DNA from: Marsupella aquatica
Taxonomy: Eukaryota; Plantae; Marchantiophyta
NCBI GenBank assembly: GCA_973895155.1
Contig: OZ316895.1
Location: forward strand, 20,908,803 to 20,972,802
Direction: 5' to 3'
DNA length: 64,000 bases
The notes beneath the pieces were generated by a model, which was not told the DNA's origin, searched no databases, and saw only the letters and a list, made by a program, of their open reading frames with translations. Position numbers and translations under genes: made by a program. This document shows, piece by piece, positions 53,780 to 64,000 of the stretch (the first letter of the stretch is position 1; each line of letters starts with the position of its first letter).

Positions 53780-56420
53780 CCTTGGAATGGTTTTTTATAA
53801 ATTTTAATACCGCAAAAAACCCCACGGATAGGGGGAAACAACAGCCCCTCAAAGGAGAGAGAAAGCACACAAGAGAGCGACAAAGGGAGCACCAAAGCGA
53901 GCACCAAAGCCCAGCCAGGAGAGAGCACCAAAACAAAAAAGAGCAACAAAGAGAGGCCCAGAAAGCACGTGCAACCCCCCCACAACAGCCCCCCAAAAAG
54001 GGCCACAAGCCACAAGACAGAAATGCGCAGAAACCCTCAAGCTATCATGCCCTCTATGGAGGGCAAGGAGAGCACACGTACACCACCCAGACGCAGCCAT
54101 CGTTGTCGAGTGCCCTTCAACCACTCTTGAGCACGGTTCAACCAAGAGCGTCTTTGCTCAAAGGGCAATGCAGCCCCAACAACATGGATGTGGTTAGCAG
54201 TCTCAGCAAGCAACAAGCCCATGTCAAATGAGCGTCCATCCTTTCCAGAGAACATATGTTCATTTCTTCCCAGGCAAATCATCCATAGGATCTGAAAGAC
54301 ATAGAACAACTTGGCAGTGTGAATAGAATCCAACCTTGTGGACACCTCAAGAATCACCAACAGGTCATCTCCAATGGGTAAGCTGAGCTCTGTCAGAATT
54401 CTATGACACAGCCACCAGCAGCGAGCGGCATGAGAACAGCCAATGAACAAATGTTGCATCTCTCAATAACCCCGGCTTGTTGCAAAGCTTACAATTTCCA
54501 GTGCTAGCCTGGATACGGAGGGCCCGTTGGCCCGTAAACAGACCTCCAAGCAGAATCCTCCAAATAAATGTTTTGGCCCTACAAGAGAGATCAGAATTCC
54601 ATAGCTTTTTCCAACTAATGCACCATTCAATTTCAGATCGGTTTGAGGACCAACACCTGTTGAGCAGCACATGAAAGCTCATCCTGAGTCTCAAGAACTG
54701 GTATACCCTACAGTTGGTGATACGAAAATCCTTGAGAGGTTCAGCCTTGTCAGCCCAGCTCCATTGTCTAGCAGGGGTATCCCTGTCCCATCTGCAAGAG
54801 GTTGACTCCCATATCCTCCCTAGGAACTCTCTAACCAGACCCTTTTGCTCCACTGTGAATCCTCGCAGCACCTGTCCTCTGAGCGGGAGGTCCTGCCATC
54901 GGCCAATCTCTGTCGGCCATCCATCCTAAATTGATCTCATCCCAATCGTCCACAAATAGTAGTGATTCCTACAATGTCCACATTTGCTAAGGCATTGAAA
55001 TCAACTATACATCTAATCGCATAGTTTATGCTCCAACGGCCTAGGGCACCATATCTTCCCGGTCAAAAGCCAGGTGGGCACGCAGCTCCCTCCATGCCTT
55101 CCAGAGAGCATTTGTATACCTTAGACTGCCTCCTGCCCTGGGTGTACAGAGCAGAAGCCTATCCTTGAAGGTGTAATTGTTTCTCCTGATCACCTCGTAG
55201 TTCAACCATCCCATTGAGGACAGGTTGGCTGCCAGCATCATTGACCACTCTCCCTCTGGATGCTCCAATGCCTTTGTGAACCATTGTGATAATAAAGCGT
55301 TTGAGTGGCTTCTAAAGTCTTTGAATCCCAGGCCACCTTCTACTTTTGGTAGTGTCATCTTTGCCCATGCCACTAGCAGGATTTTCCTCCAACCTGCAGG
55401 ATTGTAGCCCCACAAAAAATCATGACAAAGGACAATAAGTTTCTTTGCCAGTCCAGGTGAAGCCTTAAAGTACATCACGTGGTAGATGCACGCTATTGCC
55501 AAGGGGCTCACCACAGATTTTTGTAAGTTCAGCTTTGCTCCCGAAGCCATTTGGTAGCATGCAAGTGCAGTTTGTGCCTAGGTGAAAGCTTTCTCTGTGG
55601 CCGGGATGAACATTCTGACATCGTCAACAAAAAAGCGGTAGCAAATCGTGAGTGTGTCTGTGATTGACAGTCCACTCAATCTTCCAGCTGCCATCTCAGC
55701 ATCTAAGAAATCCATCATTGGTTGTGTTGAGATTGCAAAAAGCAAGGGAGACAAAGGACAACCTTGTCTCACCCCCCTTTTCAGCTTGATCATTCCCGTA
55801 GCAAACCCATTTACCAACGCCTTGGAGAAGGATCAACCAGCAGTGCCCAAACTAGTTTGATAAAGTGGCCACTTATTCCTAGTAGGTGCATGGTGTCCCA
55901 GATGTATTTGCGGTTCACCCTATCAAATGCTTTTTCAAAATCAAGCTTCAAGAAAAGAGCCTTAGTCGGTCTTTCTATGTTGTACCTAGTCACATGTGAG
56001 CCAGGCATGTGATATGTTTTCTTGGATGTGGCGCCCTGGAATAAATCCTGTCTATTGGGGATTGATAATCTTATTCATGATTTCTTGCAGCCGCATTGCC
56101 AGGATCTTGGCAATGACTTTGCACGTAATGTTAAGCATTGTAAGGGGCCGCCAGTTCTTCAAGGATCTCTTATCTAACTTCTTCAAAATGAGTTTGATTG
56201 TCCCTTATTTTATCGCACTGTCAATCTCCCCTGTCATCCAAAATTCTTGTATCATCTCCACCAGATCCTTAGTTACCCATAAACTCCCAGCATGCTCGCA
56301 ACACTTCAGCTGTTAAGCCATCACGTGATCTGTCCCCTGGTAGCATCTAGAGCACATCTTTCACTCTTTGGTTGTCGGGAGAGCCTCCAATTTCCTCCTC
56401 TCTACTGCTGATAGCGCGAA
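53780..56420 (-). mobile_element. 5'-truncated, decayed L1/Tx1-like LINE (RT + zf-RVT) with a 16-bp target-site duplication
   Basis: Fragments KNWRPLTMLN, FLKLDFEKAFDRV, GVRQGCPLSPLLF, FFVDD, SGAKLNLQKS, LPKVEGGLGF, WKKLWNS...KTFIWR, CKLC..HLF. Short A tail at ~53791-53796 (minus). aaaagttgaaaggatt flanks both ends (53764-53779 and 56421-56436). Confidence 0.9.
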
Positions 56421-57099
56421 AAAAGTTGAAAGGATTAATGTTTGAAATCCAAAGTTATGAAGTATTCCTATTTAATAAGTGTCTGACAATTATTCTACAC
56501 AATCAATCTCATTAAGTATACCTAGTTGGCTCTTTTATTTACTTAGATGCAAAAAATCTCAATGTGTATGCACAATTACTCTTCTCAGTTAGAACACGCA
56601 GAGTAGGGTTTCTCATTCAATTGTTGTAATTTACGTTGAGCTACTGTCTAAGGTCTTTCACAAACATTTAGACATTCAATCATTCTCATTCAGAACACAC
56701 AAATACATTGATGACTCCAATTAGTCAATCCTTCTTATTTAGTGCACACAATTCTCATTTACATTGAGTTATGGTTCTCATTGCTTCTTCTCAGATATTG
56801 AATCATTCTTATTACTACACGCGCACAATTACTATTTTTCTTGCATTACATCTCCTTCCACATGTTCAATCATTCTTATTGGTCCATACAATTCTCATTT
56901 ATGCAAGGTTACTATTCACATCGCGGTCACATCTCATTACGTCAATCTGTAAAAATAATCAAATACCCCTAACAGTTGAGCTAACACTTGTGCAAAAAAT
57001 TAGTATGATGAGTGGGAACGAGTGACTTACTTTGTATTTGTAGCTGTACAATGCATATGCTATGACAAAAATTGTTGTTACAAATCACCTGGAGGGTCA

Positions 57100-57440
57100 A
57101 TGCCATGCCCTCCCAAGAAATGATGCCCCCCAAAAGGATGCCCTTTATCTGTCAACTATTCACATTGCTCTTGGATCCTAGAATCGGGGCATTGGCAAGT
57201 GCCGGGAACAAAATCTACTGATGCGACCATTCTTGCTACAATGGCAGTGGGGCGCAAAAGGTACTTTTGTGTGCAGAGGGTAATGCCCTCCCAAGGAATG
57301 ATGCCCAAAAAATTGATGCCCTTTATCTGTCAGCTATTCACATTGCTCCTGGATCCTAGATTTGAGTGCCAAAAACAAAATCTATTGATGCAGCCATTTG
57401 TGCCGTAGTGGGCAATGGGGCATAGAGTACTTTTGTGTGC
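57100..57440 (+). repeat. Two-copy ~180-bp direct repeat
   Basis: atgccctcccaag.aatgatgccc..aaaa..gatgccctttatctgtca.ctattcacattgctc.tggatcctaga at ~57105 and ~57284. Confidence 0.85.
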
Positions 57441-59199
57441 ACAATACCCTTGAGAAAATGGGACCTTTAGTTTCTTGTTCACGCCCATGCATTGCACAGG
57501 GCACCTTGGAATCAAGAGACTAGGTTACGACGCCCTAAAAGTACACTTAATATTAAATAAATTATTTTAATAATGGATAATCTGGGCACGGGCAACATTC
57601 GAGTGTGTGAAACCAAGCCTGGCCTGAAAAGTGACAAGCAGCTGAGCCAAAATGTTAAAACACAGGGGGTAGGTTAGGGTAGGCAGTGGGGGAGAACCGA
57701 GGCACATTTAATGAGTATAGAGGGATTAGTCTCCGTGAATCTTTTGACATACACAATATCCTCTCATTATTTCCATGGAAATAACTTTGGTGGATCCCAG
57801 TAGATATAATGACAAAAATCATCACACGTGCTCATTTTTTTGACATACATAACATCTTGTCATTTTTGCCATAGACATAACTTTGGTGGGGCTTTAGGGG
57901 TACGGTCTAGAGGCTTCACTCTAGAAGCCTAGACCCCAAATCTAGGTTCTGGTCCTAATTTACTACTATGATCTCATTAATATTCAAAGGATGGGCATTG
58001 AGGCTCTTAATACCATAGTTCATCATCACTCGAGGCCTTGCACGTCCTTTCCCCCACCTTGTTTGTTTTCTGTAAACCCCTCCTGAATTTTTCAATTTGT
58101 ATGCATGTACAAGGTCATGAGGCATTACCCCCGGGTGCAGCCACGGAGCCCCTGGGCCAGCCTGGCCTGGGGATACTGAAATTTGAATTAGAAATGAAAT
58201 AAAGTGCAAGTGACAGATGAGACTTTTGCTATGTAAAACTGAACTGAGTTGTTAAAAAAATTAACTCTGGCTGAACTCTTGGTAACTTGAGGATAATGGC
58301 TCTAACCCTGCTCAAGCTAAGCGCCCTCTCGATTACATCCCATTACTCCCTCTTGGCCATGGGTTATCCTACATGTCCCTGCCTTGTGCTAATCGCCATC
58401 CTTCCTCCCTTATTTAGTCCACATTTATTTTTCATCACTTGAGGCCTCCCCCCCTCCTTGTTTGCTATCCATAATTATCCACGTCCACCCCAAATCTCCT
58501 CTCTCTCTTGCTCCATCTCTTAGTCAGCTTGTCATTCACCTGTGGCACTTTCTGACATCAAACCATTTTTTTGATAGAGGGTGTCTATTGTGCTTCAGCA
58601 GGCATAGGCGATCACTATTCTTCATAGGGGTGAAGCTGTTGGTTTTAGGGCCTCTAGTAGGATTCCATTGCTCGACCCTTCTCCAAAGTTTGATCAGGCT
58701 CTTCAGTTTGCCGATAGGTAGGCTTTGGGGCTCTGATTTTTAGCTCTGTGGTAGTTCTTTTGTTTGTCTTTTCCCTGACTTTCCCAGCCCTGTGTTTGTC
58801 CCGCCTTGATTGGGTCTTTTGCCTGAGGGTTAGCCCTATTTTTTTGGCACTTAGAAATAAGAATTTTTTTCTTGCTCTCTCCCTATTAGAAACTAAAGCC
58901 TGACTGGACCTTCAGTTTGTCTATGAAGCCCATATGGACTGGCAAAGCTTGGATGGACTTGCTCAGAACATTTAAAGTGACTTAGATAGCACTGTTTACA
59001 CTTTTGATTGAAATATGACCTGTAAATGGTCTCCTTACAGTTTGCAGCCGGTTTCAATTATATTACCGAACTGGTTTTCTCAGTACCTTGACGGACGACC
59101 TTGAACCTAAAAGATGTCAAGACATTGTACTGTTGCTCAAGATCACCATGACGTCTTGACTACTTTCTCCCCCAAGGTAGTCAAAGTCGTCAACTGCAA

Positions 59200-59400
59200 T
59201 CCGCAACCGGTTCCTTCTTTTTTTTGGTGTAAAAGCAACATCCCTTTACGCAGTCCATGAGGATGGGCCGCATCCCTTTACACAGTCCATGGGGATGGGC
59301 TACATCCCTTTACGCTGTCCATGAGGATGGGCCGCAACTGTTCCTTTTTCTTTTTGGTGTAAAAGTGAAATCCCTTTATGCCCCATGGGATGGGCAGCAG
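59200..59400 (+). repeat. 33-bp tandem repeat cluster
   Basis: catccctttac(g/a)cagtccatg(a/g)ggatgggc x3 plus a partial, and a duplicated ccgcaac.g.ttcctt..tttttggtgtaaaag. Confidence 0.85.
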
Positions 59401-61118
59401 CCTATTTTTTAAGGTTTTTTATTTTTTAGCCAGTGTGGCTAAAGGAGGAGATTCTAGGAATATTCTCTATCAGATTTTACTGAATTAAATCATGACCCTC
59501 AGATATCCCTAGATTTAAGGAGGACACTTAGATTCTGTAATGGGGTCCATGATTTGGTGGAAGAGTGGCTAATGGAGTTAAAAAAATCTAGCCAATCTAG
59601 CCAATCTAGCCAAAAGTGGCCAACATTTTTTGAGGAGGTGGAATTTGGCGCACTTAAAAAATATGCTGATGGGGGGCAGGGACAATGTCTGGGTCCATGG
59701 GGCTTTTGTTTCCTCCCTCTCATGTCAGCTGATTTAAAGATGAATAATATCCGTCTTACTATTAAGTCACAAGACCACAGTCCATGTTATGTCAGCTGAT
59801 TTGGAGATGAATTATATCCGTAGTATTATTGAGTCACAAGACCACAGTAAACTGAGTCATTCATGAACGTTTGCTTGCAAAGAAATTCACCTCCATATCC
59901 ACTCCTCGTCGACCTTCGTTCGCCGACGAACACCTGGAATTCACGCTTCTTCGTGGTCACGGCAAGCTGAGAAAAGATGGGGAACTCTCGGGAAAGTCGC
60001 GCAATTGTGGCGCAATTGTGGGACAACACTCTTTGATTCAATTGTAAGTCTTCTTTTGCTGCACAAATCTGACTCGTTCATTTCGAGATCGTGTAATGGC
60101 GGGTCACTTGATGTTGCTCAGTTTGATCTCTGAGAATCTGTTTCTCTGATATGTCTGGAAAAAGTGGGCGACATATAATATCTGTTTAGGGCCCCAAGCT
60201 CTGCAAGTTGGAAGTACCTACTGTAGTTGTCAGCATCTCAAGAGCAGCAAGTATGCGCTCCTTGCATTTCCCGTTACCCGCGAACTGTGAATATTGCGGT
60301 ATTTCGGTTCCTGGACTCTCGGCGCGATCATCTACAGACGTGCTTTTGTGGATTTCTGCAGCAGGAATTCAATTTTCGCAGTGGTAGCCCTGTGAGTTTA
60401 CTCACCTTGTCCACCTTTTGGCTGGTGTTATGCCAAAAGCATCCACTGGCTCACTTCAACTTCATCGCTCGCCATGCTCTCTCCGCCCTGCAGCAAGGAG
60501 AATCGCCTGGGAAGGGGCAGCAGCAGCAGTGAATCAAAACGTTCCTCTTATGAACTCATTGTCGTCCACGTACAGTCCGCGATTGAGTGAATTGCTGTTG
60601 CTGTGCTGTAGAATATAGGATTGCTTTGGTCTACTTGGAAGCTGGTCCGAAAGCTACGTTTGCACCTTGTGACTCAGGAGTTTACGGTTGGAATTATTTT
60701 TATTAGGCAAGAGAAGAGAGAGACATCCTTTTTTACTTGCAGCTGACGTAAATACCATTCATATGTCTGTAGTCAATCCCTGCTCTTCGGCCTTTAAGGA
60801 TTGAACCTTTGCTCAATTCCTTTCTTGTATTATATGCAGCTGAGCCAAAGATCTTATTGCACAATTTCGTTCCGTCCTTGCGCTTCAGATTTCTAGGGTT
60901 AAATTTCTAATTTAGCAGGAGAAGGGGTCCACTTGCTGTCCGTCCTCCAGGCTAAATCTCGGCTTTGCATATTGGTGAAATAGCCGGGATCACAGCCTGC
61001 TGATAACCTCAACTCATCAATTCCTGAGAATCTCTAATTCTAAAGCCGTTTAGAGTTTAGGGCAACACAGAGAGTAGTTTTTAGTCCATTCCTTCGGCGT
61101 TGTTGAGAATTTATTGCA

Positions 61119-62057
61119 ATGACTGGAGCTAGTGGAAGCGGCGATGACTATGTTTATGGGTACCCAGAAAATGTTCCATATCCTCATTATGTTCTTATTC
61201 CTGGATCTCCTCGAAGGAGGCGGATTCGGAAGTCTTGCATTGTATGGTCGGCTTTCAAGCTCTTCCTGGTAGCTCTGCTTTTAGTCAGCTTAGCCACATT
61301 GGGTTATATGGTGTTCCCAAGAAAGCCAGACGTCGAAGTCACGAGTATTACGCTGGAGAACATCAGTCTATCCGTTGATGACCAGAAGTCGCTCATCCCC
61401 ACTGTTCACCTTGACGTGAGCCTGAGCCTGCGGCTGCAGATCACCAATTCGAACTTCTTTGGTGTGGAGTATGACAAACTGGTGGTCGTGTTCTCCTATC
61501 GCGGAGACGATCTGGGGAAAGTAGAGAGCTCCGGGGGAGAAGTTGCCAGTCGAAGTGTGGTCAATGCAACTGCCAGACTGGATCTCCTGGGTGCACCACT
61601 TGTCAATCATGCCACGGAGCTCATCAACGATGTGTACAATAGGAAGGTACCTATGCAAACAGTGACTGAATTTACTGGAGCGGTGGAAATGTTCTCCTTG
61701 AGACCACACATCGCGGTAAGAAGTCTCTCGTTGGTTCTTGTTATTTTTCGAAGCAACAATAATGCTGGTGAAGTCACGCTGCCTAGTTCTACTTTAGGGA
61801 CTAAAGTAGAAAAAATTCTGACTGGGATAGAAGCCTTGGAAGCTCAAGTTCTACTCGAGCATTGAGAGTCCTCTGCTTGGATGCTTGCCTCCGTTTCAAC
61901 TTTTGTTTAAATGAATATCCATTCTGTAATCTTTTCTTTACAAGTTCTTTCCTTTTTGGCTGGTTGAATGCAGATGAAAGTATACTGCAGTATGCTGATT
62001 GAGCCTATCGATAAGGTGGTGTTGAGTAAAGCTTGCTCGCTTATTCCTTTCTCCTAG
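61119..62057 (+). CDS. LEA_2 / NDR1-HIN1-like single-TM protein, 2 exons
   Basis: Y/P-rich N-terminus, RRRR, TM helix, P.KPDV, ITNSNFFGVEYD, FSYRG..LG (LEA_2 NPN/Y..YRG pattern). Intron 61716-61973 (GT-AG, phase 0); exon 2 MKVYCSMLIEP...KACSLIPFS*. Confidence 0.88.
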
Positions 62058-63839
62058 CCCACCACCGGTAAGGCTTCAGGCAAAATTCATTCCAAGTGTA
62101 CTAGCTTCTGGGGCGGGGACAATTCCATGTAGACCCTTAACTTGGCACAAAGTTTAGGGATTTTGTCATCGAGTACGTGACAAAATCTCGGATGCAATCT
62201 AGGGCGCTCGTGAGCATTGTGCAGCTGAATCTTGGTGTTCGAATATGTAGAAGATATTCTTGTCTATGGTTTTGGTCTGAGGTAGAGAGCAGTGGACCAA
62301 GGCCAACAATGGCCCTGTAGGGTGACCTCCAGTCCCCGATTACAGAATCCTGCTACTCGTTCGGTTCCTCCTCTCCATAATTGAAAATGTGACTTCTCGC
62401 AGATGATCTCAAGCTCCTTCCAACAAATGGCTGATGCAATTTATCATTTCTAGCTTTGCGAGGGAGGTTATCTGAAGAAGAGCCATCACGCTTGTATAAT
62501 CTGCAGCCTGTGGAACCTGGTTATGTCCAGCATTCAACTGTAATATAAATCCACAGGCCTTCTCAGTGCCACGAATTTATTTGTGTGATAGCAGTGACGA
62601 AACTAATCTTTTCCGGATTGTGGTTTTCACTGGTTCTCGGGAATCGAGTAACTGTGCGACGGTTTTTATCTGCTGCTTTGGACATGATAATTTCAGAGTC
62701 ACATGTTGCAGTAAGGATCTACAGTATTAGATTCTGGAATGGTTAATCTGATTTGTTAAGCTGCATTAGTGGGGAGGTTTAGGGTTTAGGGATCTTCCTC
62801 CTGTTATATACTGTCACGAAGGGGTTTGTTGGAGATATCGCAAGGATTGCAGCTTTGTATGCACATGTGCAACAGAATGGTTAAGTTAACATGGGACATG
62901 GAGTGTTAAGAAATGCCCAGTCTGCAGTTTTGTCAGGGATTTCAACGGTTTACAAGTGAATGGAAGTTCTTTCAAAAGCTTGAAGACGGGAAGACGGTGA
63001 TTGAGAATAAACCCATCTTAAAGGGGTGCTATGTTCTTTGGAATGTGCATGTTATGTTAGTAGTACAAGAATGTTCATAATTTGCTTCACCAAATGCACC
63101 CTGATGTCTTCTGCCATTGTATCATCGCATAATATGGTCTTCTCTGAGTTCATTGACACTCATGTTTGCTACAGCAAATCAGAGAAGGACCAATTCTATA
63201 ACCAGACGGGGCCTTTGCAACGATCTGATTTTGTCTTATGGTCTGCCAACTGGAGGAAAGCTCTAGGAAAGCTCTCGCTTCCTGTTGGACTTAATCACAA
63301 TCAACCGTAGATATGGGTAATGTAAGTAATCGTTACAGCAGGAGTTTATAGCCAATTCGAGAGTTTCCAACCACAGTACTGCCTCACTGACAAAGTGAAG
63401 GGGAACTAATGATATCGTAGATGTACGACTTTTCTGAGTCCCGAAGCTGTGGTTCTCTTATCAACTGGGTACCTAAGTACTGAAGTGTGCCATACAACAC
63501 CACCACGAAATTATGATGCACTTGGTCGGGAGAAGATAATGCATCAGAACACTTCGATGACTGAATGTGGACATCCTTAGTATCTCGCTTACATTCCGTG
63601 GAGTAATCATGTTGAAGAGTTCCAATACAAAGGAACCAAACTCGCCAAGTTTGCCAAAAACGTCCCTAATAGATCCAGTGAAATGGTATCTTTACCCCCA
63701 CTACCATTTTCGTTGCCTGGTCTAAAACATGATTTCTCTCCAAGCGGATTAATTGAAAATATCCACATTAGCATCTGGATAATTTAGATCGATCAATGGA
63801 TGAAGAAATGTCTCACTTACACTGGTTTAGTCGTATCTA

Positions 63840-63998
<159 letters not shown>

Positions 63999-64000
63999 GG

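Noticed and set aside
62777-62791. Two TTTAGGG telomeric units
   Set aside because: Too short to call an interstitial telomeric array.

Overview
Eukaryotic nuclear DNA from a land plant. The intron sizes, gene set and PPR/LINE types suggest an early-diverging (bryophyte/lycophyte-grade) plant, but the taxon is inference. Spliced or intact genes that can be modelled from the sequence: VPS36 (ESCRT-II, 7 exons, -); a very large chromatin protein with EPC-N, PHD-Zn knuckle-PHD (PZP), EPC-II and an ADD-like finger behind a ~2150-aa repetitive N-terminus (-); plastid triosephosphate isomerase (9 exons, one GC-AG intron, +); CMC1 (+); tRNA-Gly(TCC) with an atypical but fully paired acceptor stem (-); plastid SECE2 (-); and an LEA2/NHL-type membrane protein (+). 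Relics include a PLS-PPR E-domain fragment, an intron-containing Mutator/SWIM transposase with a 5'-truncated LINE inserted (16-bp TSD), several foldback/MITE-like inverted repeats and many minisatellites. The most unusual signals are the BRPF/JADE/Nto1-like scaffold ending in an ADD-like finger, a ~930-bp array of five ~160-nt hairpin-bearing units present in inverted copies (TPI intron 1 and just downstream of SECE2), and the variant tRNA-Gly. All alignments and folds were done by eye and family motifs are quoted from memory.
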